Shown here piece after piece: positions 25,353-37,412 of a stretch of DNA of 64,000 bases. Origin of the DNA: Neoechinorhynchus agilis (Eukaryota > Animalia > Acanthocephala); NCBI GenBank assembly GCA_051530055.1, contig CM121341.1, positions 10,456,784 to 10,520,783 on the forward strand. Reading direction: 5' to 3'. Within the stretch, counting starts at the first letter, position 1. The number at the start of each line of letters is the position of its first letter. The translations under genes and the position numbers were made by a program. The notes under the pieces were generated by a model that was not told the DNA's origin, searched no databases, and saw only the letters and a program-made list of their open reading frames with translations.

Positions 25353-26878
25353 ATGAGCACAATATCACTTCGAATCTTGCATGAAACCAAGTTCTTTGTC
25401 TGAACTTTTGCGATGATTTCGACGTATCACTTAACTCGTTTCTGCAATCGTTAATCTTTCGCTTAAGCGCTTGTAACGAAGACAGCGAGAATGCTAATTT
25501 CGCAGAGGAATATCTTTTTGATCACCTGAAGGAACTTCAGGAAAGTATTAGTGATTTCGATAACGTGAGATTTGTCCAAGTAGATATAATGCGCTCTGTG
25601 CGATTTTCGAATATAATCGACTCTAATGTTAAGGCTCTCTTTACCATTAACGAGATTGATAAATGCTTTGTAATTCCGATCGATGAATTGATTACATTTC
25701 CTCGAGAAAATCAGGATTGGCGCACGGTTAAATCTCAGTGGAAAACTTTGATCAGTGAGCGTTTATCGTCTTTTCTCGTGTTAATAAAGTCTCGAAAGCG
25801 AATGAAAGTTCATCACTACCCAGTTTTCAGTTCAAAAAGGTTACTTTCCTTAGTAACCGAAGACGAACTCGGCGAACAGCATCATTGTAAGTATATCGGT
25901 CAACAGCGATAAATTATCAATTGTGTTATTACCAATAGGCGAAGTGAGATTCGAAATCCATAAACAACTAGGTCTTCCGACAAGGCGCCCAATGTTTTCT
26001 CGATCTCAGTCCTTATTCGCTCATCAACAAAATCATCAATTATTAAGAAGCGTTCATTTGAACGTTGCAAAAGATGGCATCGTTGTTGATGGACCCTATG
26101 ATTACTACCATTATTTGTGTGATGGAACGGACGATAAGACGAAGACTTGACGGGTTTTATTTGTTGTTATTTCTTGAACTATTACCCTTTGAAATGCAGA
26201 GTGGGTCGCTGCTGGACGGTAAAACTCATAAACTGTGTGTTCTTAGATTGAATCTATCCGAATCAGAGTTGAACGGGCACTTGTTTTTGTCTAAAATAAT
26301 CTAGTCTTCGTCCGTAAAGGCTGGGGATGTGCTTATCGGTCATTACAAACTACGTGGTCCTGGTTTTACCTAAATGGCTACACGGAACGTCCTGTGGCAT
26401 CTATCCGTGATATCCAAACAACTCTCGTCAGGATAGGTGATAAAACTGCAGCGTTTATGGGGAGCAGGCAATGGATAGGCAGTCTAGAATGTTCGTTCGT
26501 CCTCGAAACTGAGTTATCGGTTAGTTTACCCTTTTTGTAACTCAATTTTCGCTCTCTTTTTAGATACAAAGTCGCATTCTACGTCTAGATAATGCTTCTT
26601 GCATGGTAAGAGATGATACCATTCAAGCACTTCTGGATCACTTTTTGAATTCACGATGTCCAATCATAATGGGTGGCGGCGTTCTAGCTCATACAATAGT
26701 TGGAATCTGTCCAAAGGGAGCGAACTCCACATTTCTAGTTGTGGATCCACACTACGCTGGTCCGGAGAAAACCGACTTGATCTTAGCGAAAGGTTACTGC
26801 ACTTGGAAACCGGCGACTTTTTGGTCAAAGAATCATTACTATAACCTGTGTATGCCGATTGTATCAGAGAGCGTTTAA
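25353..26878 (+). CDS. UFSP2: Ufm1-specific protease 2; introns about 25889-25939 and 26521-26563, anomalous insert 26138-26317, apparent 1-nt frameshift near 25397
   Basis: [67 protein letters not shown]; catalytic Cys-Asp-His present. Confidence 0.92.
26138..26317. mobile_element. 180-bp insert with 10-bp terminal inverted repeats inside UFSP2 coding sequence
   Basis: GACGAAGACT (26138-47) ... AGTCTTCGTC (26303-12); TAA repeated at both junctions; exact removal restores DGTDDKGWGC. Confidence 0.7.
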
Positions 26879-27297
26879 CTTTCTTGGTTTGTTCCTATTT
26901 ATCAATTACGCAAATTTCTTCACTTGTTTTAATGAAACGACGGACGCTGGCTCTTCTATTAGGCGAATGATGTTTCTAAAACAGATTATAACTTTGAAAT
27001 TGTATGCTTTCAACTCTAATGTTTTGTATGGAAAAATATAAAGAATTTCTCATAATCTTCTGAATCCAATGTGTTTATCTTTCACAAAACAAAATCCATC
27101 TTTTCTTTTAGACCTTCAATGAAAAAACCTCGGATTACTTATAAGTACAATATCGTTAATGTTGTGTGCAGATTTCAGTTTTAAAACGCCTCCACAATGT
27201 GATGGCGACGTCGAAAACCTGCGAATCAACGTAAATCTCGTAAAAGATCTTGGTAGCAATATGAAACGCTACTATTTCATCTTCGCGAATTTCGGGG

Positions 27298-29015
27298 AAG
27301 ATCAACATGCTAGATACATTCGTTAAATTTAATAAGTGTAATTTATTTAAGTGTTTATTAAATGTCGAATGACTACTTTTTTTTCACACGTAGAAAGCTG
27401 CCGTAGCCTAACGTCGTGATTTTCCTATTAGAATAATGTTCGATTTAACTAACGGAATCTCAATTATTACAGAAATCGCTTGCTGTCTTTTCACACTCTC
27501 TTTAATCAGAATATATAATCCGGCTAGCCATTACAAATACATGAACATGCTTCAATTTCAAGTTATATTTGTTTACGAACGTTTTAAATGGAAAATTAAC
27601 GCGATTTATATTTTCCTTTTTGACCCGTATATTGCCTTCCTGTGCGAGCACAAGCGTTGCAATGCGCCGGGGGCTTCCATTATCCATCGGTTGACGATAA
27701 GAGCAAACCTCGTTTCCATTTGGATTCGCTTCTGAGATATTCTGAATTAGTAGAAGCAAACGAGGTCCACGCTTAAGATTGACGTCAACATCCGGATCCA
27801 TCATCATTATAGTGTAAAGAAGCCATAATGGCGAATTTCGAACCTCGAAAATCGAAATCCGTCATTATAATTTTGTATTGGCATTCTGAGCAGCCTCCAT
27901 TTCAAACCCAACATAGGGTTCACGTTTGATTTCTCCTGGTGAAATTACACTGGTGCATTGAACATTGCGATATCCACAACGAATAAATACGCCGTTTGAT
28001 CTATAAACGATCAAGGGATCACTTATGATCTTAAGTACTTCTTCCAAATGCTCGCTTTCATGTTTTTCTTTTTTACCATTAGAGGTCCTATCTTTGTGGT
28101 CGTTTAATTTAGTAAGGACATAAATCGGTCCTCCAATGAACAGCTTTATTAAAGTACGCATTTAACACAAATAAACACAAATTCTTGTTTAGAAAAATTG
28201 GGTTCGTTTTGGTTAGTCGGTTCCACCCATACCGGCATTTGTCATTTTCACTCAATACTTCTTTCACCGTAGTCTTTGTTCGTAAGAAGAATTGTTACTC
28301 ACATTGACAGGCACAGTGTGAATCACTCGCAGACTCCTGAAACACCGAACTTATACTTGTGCGCAAAAATAGTGATATGATTAAAATTATTGCTAATTGC
28401 CATTTGGAATTGAAAGATTTGGTTTCTGTGAATTTTGGTGCAACAACACCATCCGACATGAGTAATTTGTTAATCAAAAGTAAAAGGATTGTCAAACAAG
28501 CTCAAAGGGCGCGCGCGTACAAAGCAGTGGTAAAACCCGCAATGGTATACGCAGCGGAGACTTGGGCTACAAAAGCGGAGGGCGTACAAAGATTGACCGT
28601 AAATGAAATGAGGATGCTGAGATGGTCAGCTGGAGTAACACACAGGGATAATATACCCAATGCCGAGATTAGAATAATGTTCGACGTCGAGCCGGTGCAT
28701 TAAGTGATAGCCAAAAGAGGAATGCGATGGTTCTATCATGTGGAGCAACGAGCGGAGGACGATCTGATATAGAGCGCTGGACCTACTGAAGCCAAGGGGA
28801 AGAGGAAACGGGGAATGTCGGCGTGTGTAGTTGATAAAATAAACTTGTCAATATTCCATGGGCATCTCAAATTGATTCAGATGCTAAATGACACAAGGAA
28901 ACAATTAATTTATTTTATCTTCAACAGATTCGCACAATAATTCACGTCTCTGAGAATTTGTACTTTTTGTGTGGATGAAAATGCAGTTTCGGGAGCTGGT
29001 CAAGTGGCAAAAAAG
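27298..29015 (+). repeat. 1.7-kb segment (X + RTE 3' fragment + tail) duplicated in permuted order at 37413-39453
   Basis: Near-identical sequence and identical ORF translations (27436 vs 38075, 28359 vs 38998). Confidence 0.95.
28490..28814 (+). mobile_element. RTE-clade LINE 3' fragment
   Basis: NKLKGRA/YKAVVKPAMVYAAETW..EMRMLRWSAGVT..RDNIPNAEIR, WF.HVEQR, GKRKRG. Confidence 0.85.
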
Positions 29016-32000
29016 GGAGTAATACGAATGCCTCGATCCGTCGCTCTAAATTTTCCAACTTCTCGTCATTGAAACAATTGGTGCCATCGGACCAAGAGCC
29101 GCACAATTTTCGACTAAAGTTTGAAAACGGTATTATCAGAGAATTAGTGAATCAGAAAGGAAATGCTGGATACATACTCGAGGTAATGAATGATAAAGAT
29201 GTTATGAGCGCTTGGGTATTTAATTTTTTCTTAAGTGTCAGATAAAAATTTATAATTAATATAATCGAATAGGTAAGTGTTTGATACATAAGGCAACGTC
29301 CTCTCTCTCGTCAATCGTCGTCAACGTTCTCTCTCGTCAACTGTCAACGTTCAATGTTCTCTCTCTCTCGTCAATCGTCAACGTTCAACGTTCCCTCTCT
29401 CGTCGTCACACATCATCGAATATTTTCTTTGTCACACGATCAACGCCGTCACAAGATCTAACGTCGTAAACAATTGCAAACAAATCGGTGAGCATCAACG
29501 TCGTCACACGATCAACGTCATCGTACGATCTAACGTCATAAACACTTGCAAACAATGCCGAGGCCAAGGCGCCCAACCACCAAGCTCGTCCCCTATGACA
29601 TGAACGATTGTCCGGTTAAAACTCAAATATTCGTCACAAATACTTGGGCAGCAGGCAGGAAATTTATTTGCGGTTTCTGTACTGCCGCCTTGCTCATACC
29701 GTGTTCGTCGGCCCCCCTTCCCAATAAGTACTCAAGCACTAACCACTCCCAAACCCCTAATCCCCAACCCCTTCCATCTTAAGTTTCCCCACCCCAAACC
29801 TCATCGTCTCCCTCGCTTCACTCTCTAAATACTGCCCACCCACCCTTGGCTGTCGGCGCCCTCCAGGACTCCTCTCCACACTTAAATTAGACTTCTCTTC
29901 AACAATATTCTCCCCTCCTTAATTCCGTTCCTATCATCTCGCGTACCCCTCTTCCCTCGTCCCTGCACTCTAAGTCTCACTCTGCTCCACCATTAAAACC
30001 GAACCCCCTTCCTCCTCGGCCTCATCTAAATCCCCCATCTCCTTTCTAGCACCCCGTACTGCTAGAAAAAACCATAAACCCCTCCCATAGTTCTACGATT
30101 ACGTTTCAACGTTAGCCCCATCAAAACCTTCCACTTTCTCTCCTGTACCTCGATTTGCTAGTAAAAAGCACACACCCCTACCATCCTTCAACGACTACAT
30201 TAAGAATCCCTCGCCTCGTAAACTAACTCCTCCTAAACCCCTCTCATCCTTGCCTGCACTAATCTCTCATCTGCCTAAAACCACTATTCCGCACCCTACC
30301 AAATCTGAAAACTTTCGCTTCGCCCCTCAGAGGCGAAAAATACCTTGGACGCTCACACTACCTCACCTCTTACCACCACCTCTTCAACTCCCAATATCCT
30401 CTTTCCCCCTCGAGTTAATCCCGCACGCACAGTTCCCACCCTTATGGTCCCTACACTACAATCACCCCTCACTACAGTGTCCACCCACGAATCCATTATC
30501 CCCGAACTACCCCAACCAGTCAACTCCCATCCCTTCTCTCTCTGCGCAGCTTCAACCCTCTCCATCAGTGTCTACCCCTCATGTCCCTTCTAAACATCCT
30601 TTTCCAATAATCTTTTATTCTAACATCCGCAGCCTCCTCCCCAAACTGGATGAGCTCCATATAGTGGCTTCTTCTTGCAACGCCGACATCCTTGTAATTA
30701 CAGAAACATGGCTCTCACCCCATAGCAAATTATCTGCCTTCCTTCCAAACTTTCAAGCTTTTCACCCCGCAAGGGACTTCCGAAACGAGGAAGGCGTATC
30801 GATCTTCATCCGCACCCGCAATGGACAACGTGAGATCTCGGTCGCTAGTCTTTATCGCCCTCCTTCCTCAATCATCCCCAACACACTTCAACAAATAGAC
30901 CACCTATTTACTGACCTACTTTCCACTTCCTCAGATCACTTCATTATATTGGGCGATTTTAACGAACTGCCGATCCCGCCCTCGCTCTCTCATCTTTCCC
31001 AACCCGTTGCTTTCCCCACACGCTTCTCCTCCCGCCTTGATAAAATTTTCTCAAACATCAGGCAATACTCGTGTACTACCAAACTCCCCCCCCGATCGCC
31101 TCGTCTGACCATTGTTCCATCCTTCTCTCCTCTACATCACCTCAAAAACGTTCCTTTTCCGACCCCTACGTTGTCTGGGATAAACGTGATCATCATACCC
31201 ACGTCTTTGCTGCATGTGTCAATTCTCTTATCACGCAAAACAGCTCTACCATCTTTGGCACTGACCCCTCGATTGCAATGGGCTCTTTGTCAAATCTAAT
31301 AAAATCTGCGATAAAGGCCTCCTTTCCTCGCAAAACAATACGAATCTTGAACCGCGACCCTCCATGGTTCTCGCCTTTTCTAAAAACCCTTCAAATCCAG
31401 GTCACCAAAGCTTTACGGTAAGGCAATCCCGCTTACCCCTCCACTCCACACTGACCAAACGCATCCGTATAGCACGCAAATTATTTTTCTCATCTCGTCT
31501 CTCGTCCGTTCCCAATCGAAACTGGTGGCGTGAAATAAAAATGTAACTGGTCTTGGTAGATCAATCCCCTTCGCATCTCTCCTCAAATCTGATATCCTCT
31601 CGATCCTTAACTCCATGAATAAAAACGTCTGTCCTCGCCAAACCTCCAATTCATTGTCCCAACCTCCCTTCTCACTTTGTGACCCGCCTATACATACATG
31701 CCCTTCCTTTGTTTTCCCTCTCGAAATCCCAGAGATCCTTAAACGCCTGCTCCGCTATTCTTCCCCTAATTCAACTATCCCAAATTGGGTCATTCGTTTC
31801 ACCATCCCGGAACTTATCGATCCTCTAACGCACATAACGAACCTTAGCTTTCTATTCGGCTCTTTCCCATCGTGTCTTAAGGAAGCCCGTGTTGTCCCCC
31901 CACCCAAAAACCATAAACCAATTTCCCCCACATCCTTTCGTCCCATCTCCATCCTCTCACCCTTCTCTAAAATCTTGAAAAATGTTTTAAAACCCGCATA

Positions 32001-35000
32001 CTTCCCTTCTTCCTCAAAAACATCTCCCTTTCTCAATTCGCTTTCCGTCCCAATTACTATTGTTCTGATGCCCTCCTCTGCATCTACGATACGTCCGTCT
32101 TATGCAACTGGATATTTCCAGGGCGTTCGAGTCGGTAGATCACTCCCTTCTCCTCAAATCATGTGCTTCCTTTGGCCTCCCAACCTGGCAACTCGTTTGG
32201 ATTTCCTCTTTCCTCACCAACCACGAACAATATATCCAATGCGGAACTTCTTGTTCCCCTTCTCTGCGAATATTTAAAGGGTCCTTCAAGGCGCCGTACT
32301 TTCCCCTCTCCTCTTTGACATTTCTTTAAATGACCTCGCTCCCCCTACCAAATACTTTCTCTATGCAGATCACCTCACAGTCATTACCATCACATCTCCC
32401 TCTCTCCCTCTCCATAACCATGGACGAGCTCAACCATCTCATTTCCTCGCTCTTTACACTAAACCTCCCCCTAAATTTATCCAAATCTTCTGAGCCTGTC
32501 CCCCATATTTGAAAACGCAATCTTATCCCCGCGCCTCTCCCCCTCCCCATCCAACGCTCCTCTTCTCTCCGAATACTAAGCCTGATTTTACAAGAAAACT
32601 TTAAATGAGATGCCCACATTTCACTTGCACTCTCTAAAGCAAACCCTCGTCTTTACCTTCTAAAACTCCTCCGGCGTCTCGGCGTATCCCCTAAACACCT
32701 TGCCCACTTTTATCTTTCTGTCATCCTTCCTATCCTTAAATACGCTTTCCCCACTTTCCCCGCCCTTTCCGTCAATGCCCTCCATTCCCTCGAAACCTTC
32801 CACAAGAGAGCAGCGAGAATATGCGAGACTTCAGTCCCTCCTCTCGACGCCCACCTCCACTCCGTTTTCTCCAAAAACACCGTCCGTCTTCTTCAACCCC
32901 CCTCCACAATTTTCTTCCCTCATCTCTAAATACTCTTCCTTCGTAAACACCCGTAACCGCAACCTTTTTCATCCCCCCTCGCTCGTACCATCCTCTACCA
33001 AAAATCTTTCTTCCCCCAAGCCCAATCTTTCCTTAATAACCGGAGAACAAGGAAAGACTCCCAATCGGTCATCTCCTGTACAAAGCCTTCGATCGCACAT
33101 TAACACTCCTTCAAAGACAAGTCCCACCTCCCTTGCCTTCAACATCCGTCATCCAGACACCTTCAGCAAAGATAGATGCTGGCTAGTGTGTGGATCGTGC
33201 ATTTCTTACATTAATAAAACGTGTTTATATAAGGCGAAAAATACCTACTGTTCTGATGTTCATATTCAGATCGTTAAAATAAAAATAATCAAGGGGCAAA
33301 TAAGCTGAAAAATATCGTAAGTATTATTGCATGAACCACTAGCCATAGGGGTCAAATTCCTAAAACAACACATTTGCTCATTCAATTATCCAGGGCAGAA
33401 GCTACGGTACACAACATCCCGGATTCGGCAGTGACCTATTCGAAACATTTGCATCGGAGAAAGGAGATGAGTCATTCGATATCTTTGTCTCCCAATCGAT
33501 GTAGCATTTATGAATGATAGTTGACACGTAGTCAATGTCTTTACTTCTGATTATTGCATGTTAAAACGCGAAGTTCTATAATTCTACGCGAAGGTTTGTG
33601 TGGCCTAAGAACGTACCTGCACCAATTTTTCCACTGATTATCTGACGGTCATGCCACCACTCGGAAGCGTTAATAACATGCGAGGTGGATTTGCGGTGCC
33701 GGTGGAGCAAGGGACGTGTCGTTATCCAATCTATAAATACCATTGCACCTTCAATCCACTCGGTTTTAGACATTTCGATGGAAGAACGAAAGCAGAATGC
33801 ATGGACGAATTAATGGAAAGAACTAAGAGTTGAGGATTCGGACCAAGAGTCCTTCGATCGTATACAAGTAAATCCTAAGATGGTGATCGCTCGCTATCGG
33901 TCGATGGCGACAGAGGCCATAAAGTCAAAAAATAGGACATGATAAAAGATCTTATGTCTATTGCATCTGATTCGGTTTCAATCGTGATTGAAAAAAGTCA
34001 TCAGGCGCTGTATTTTGAATTTGACGAAAGTTGGTAAAATTGTAAGCCTAACGCCGTTTTACATAGAGATTTTCAATGGTGATTTGCTAAAAGCGCTGGG
34101 TTTTATTTCTAAGGATTTCAGCGTTAATGTATAAAAAAAGGAATCGTTGTCGGAAATCAATTTTCTCGTTTTATACGTCGACCCCATTTATAGGCACATC
34201 ATTGATAAATTCGTGGAATATAAGTCAAGGAGGAAAGTAATGAACCTTCTATAAAATTTCGCCGCGACATTATTCGAGCATAGAAGTGTGTTAAAGAAGC
34301 TAGCATTTTACCGAAACTTCGATCATTACCCAATGAATTTCATATAGAGAAGATGGTTAATGCATTGCACCAGCAAACGGTGAAGATTGATTGCAATGTT
34401 AGATGTTCTGATGCGATATTATCGCCGATCATGACGCTCGTACTAAACGCAACCACTAAGTAAAATCGAAATGATATAATCGACAGCATGGTTAATAAAG
34501 CGTTCCAAACAATTCGTACCGAAGCGCACTTATGTTTGCAGCGCGTAGTTTTGCTGTCGATAAAAATTGCGCTCAGCAATAAAAGCTTTTTGAAAGATCC
34601 GGATCCTCCGGATGATAGAGGAGGAGGTATGTATGAAGCTATGGATGTATATAAAGAGGAGGTAAGTGCGAGTATGTGTGAGAAGGGAATCGGTCAATAC
34701 GATCCTGCCGTTGTTTCCTCAAAGTTGCGTGAATGTCAGACAGTTAGATCTTCCATAGATCATTCCACCTTTTTTCCCTCCCACAATTCCTCTTCACAAT
34801 CCATGAAAGGTTTCAAACGACTTACCAGAAAAGAAGAATATATTATCAAAATTGTTAAAGAAGAATCGGGAGACCGTACTTTCTCATTCCTGACCAAGTC
34901 ATTCTTCTCAAAGTTTCTTCTTACTAAAGGTTACGCTTCAAGAAACTACAATTTAAAAAGCTTTCTCAGCACCAAGTTTGCTTCTATGTTTGTTTCTTTG

Positions 35001-35830
35001 ACATATTGGGTAAAGAGTTATTCTTGAAAATGCTCAAAGAGCTACATATTAAGTACGTTGATATGTCACGTAGAGTGACATTCCTTGTGTATGAGTCCGC
35101 ACTGACCTTTCTCAGGAGGAATTTGCGGATATCCAAAAAGAATTCGGGATTTCTCCAATAAAATATATCAAGACATCCTAACTCTGAACCCCATGCCTTA
35201 ATGTGCTCAGCTCCTCAAAATATCGCTGAAAAAATCTGTGGATCGCAAGCTTTGATTTTCTAAGAACGCTCATATTACTCATTGTTTGTTATTTTGACTT
35301 TTAAGACCGCGAAATTCCTCAAATATTTTATCGATAGTTCCACTGATTAGACACAATCTGCACTTCGAAATAGTAAGACATATTATAAAACTTCTATGTC
35401 TTACTGTCTGAACAATTTATAGGCTCAAAAAGTAAACTTAGTTACGATGTTAACTTTCTCAGATTGGATGATTACACAATAGGTAGATATTTTTCAATCT
35501 TGTATGCGAAATCGTTCGTTCCGCTAAGGTTGCCACTCCTTATATCCTGCAATTGATAACATCAGGTCAAGAAAATCGGCATTATTTGACAAAGCAACTG
35601 GGCACAAGATCATGAATAATAAGGACATTGATTTCTCCAGTGTGCTCCTGAAAAGATGTGCTAAATCGATTGCAGCTAATAAAGAGCTTTGCCAATTGGT
35701 TGAACCTTTAATGAATCTAAATGTGGTACATACGTGTTTCCGGTCAAATAAGCCCAAAACTCTCATTGCAATCGCCGATTGTTTTGACAGGGTCGGACGT
35801 ACTGCTAAAGAAGTATATGAAATTCTCTAG
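28927..35830 (+). pseudogene. Scattered stop-ridden coding-like segments of an unidentified large gene, interrupted by the L2/CR1 element
   Basis: Segments such as FRLKFENGIIRELVNQKGNAGYILE (29.1 kb), a 179-aa ORF at 34488, ELFLKMLKELHIKYVDMSRR (35.0 kb) and a 72-aa ORF at 35612; no family recognised. Confidence 0.3.
29281..33030 (+). mobile_element. Decayed near-full-length L2/CR1/Jockey-group non-LTR retrotransposon (APE + RT)
   Basis: YSNIRSL, ITETWL, YRPP, GDFN, LDKIF, SDH (APE); LKEARVVP.PK, FRPISILSPFSK, LDISRAFESVDH, QGAVLSPLLF, YAD (RT); many frameshifts; microrepeat 5' UTR. Confidence 0.9.
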
Positions 35831-37049
35831 CTAACATTTGGTAGTGAAAATCACAGCTAGAAGACGTGTTGGCTTGCACGGGAAAACACTGGAAAGGGTC
35901 CCATGGATGGACAGTTTCATACGACTTCAGTTCCTACAATCAGCACCATAAGATGGTAGAACTGAGTGTACTGGTCCAGCAATGAATACCTTGTGGCATA
36001 TTGAAGATTATAATGGCACTCAGCAGAATACTTGACTCGGAGACAACCAAATGAAAAACCAAGCGCTTAAATCCAAAGCGAACTCAACAAATCGCAGTGC
36101 ACGAAAAGGATCGGAACGATTGAAACGAATCGAAATTAGAAAAAAGCAGAAAAAACAACAACAAGGAGATTAACTGATTTCCGCATTTAAAAATATCACC
36201 GTAATTGCATGAAAAAAATTGTAAGATTGATTATCCTTTTAATTGAACATTAATGACTCACACTTTAGGCAGTAGAAATGCTCGAGCTCATTTCAAGTCA
36301 CTTGGAAGAGCACATCAACGCCGTCGCGTAAAAATGGTGAAACGCAGCGCGCACTCGATTCGACGTTGAGAAAGGAAACATTGTAAATACGGAAGAAGCA
36401 CGGTTTTATTTTTTAGCGTCAATCGTATAACGTCGACATATTTATTTACTTTACGTTTTATTTTCGCCAGAGAATCATCAACGTTTTTTAAAAAGATAGA
36501 ATTTTTGAAAAAATCAATCTTCTTTTAATTCTGATTTCGAATGTGTACGATTGATCAGAAAGCAGAAAGTACTACAAACTAAAGAAGTTTCCAAAAATTC
36601 GAATTGTTAGACTGAATCACGCTGTTAAATTCTATTTTACCATTAATCTTGCGAAGAACTAAATTACCACTACCTCAAAATAAAAATTAAACGATTTTGG
36701 CATCTTGCTTACACCTCGCACTGCTATACTCATAGGAATTGACTTTATTTAAGTAACTTTGACTTCTTCAATGCTCGACGATGGACCAGCTTTTAAAGAT
36801 CTTCTTTCAGTCGTGCATCAATCGATTGCCAAATAATATTCCTTTTTTAGTAACTTTTATTTCTTAATAAGCTTGTTGAAGATATTTTTTGTTTTCCAGA
36901 TTTTATTGCTACTCCTGACCCATATGCTTTCCGCAACTTTCTCAAGTGTCTATTTATGACCGATTGTCGATAGTTATCGATTATTCTTCTCATGTGTATC
37001 ACACAGCAATAGAAATGCAGGTTGGTGGTTCGTTTTCTTAGCTAACAAT

Positions 37050-37412
37050 TGGGGTAAACACCTGATATATAACAATGAGGAGAATAAAAATTCAGATACT
37101 CGGCATACAAGAAGTACGATGGAAAGGATGCAAGGCTAAATAACTGGGAGAAGGTTATAAACTAATTTATATTGGCGGAACAAGTGGTATAAACGGGATC
37201 TGTATTGTAATCGCTAAAGACCTAGTCGACGATGTAATGGAAGTGAAAAGAACAAGTGATCGAGTTATGGCGGTGAAGATAAACGTGAGTGGTGAAATCA
37301 CGACAGTAGTGGCTGCATACGCCCCTGCAGCGAGGAGGAGAAAGATGAATTTTGGCTCGATCTATCTGAATTGAGAAGGACTATGGGGGAACGATATGTT
37401 ATAACCGGCGTC
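37050..37412 (+). mobile_element. RTE-clade LINE apurinic endonuclease fragment, joined directly to the RTE 3' fragment
   Basis: ILGIQEVRWKG, GYKLIY.G, SDRVMAVKI, VVAAYAP, EKDEFW. Confidence 0.85.
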
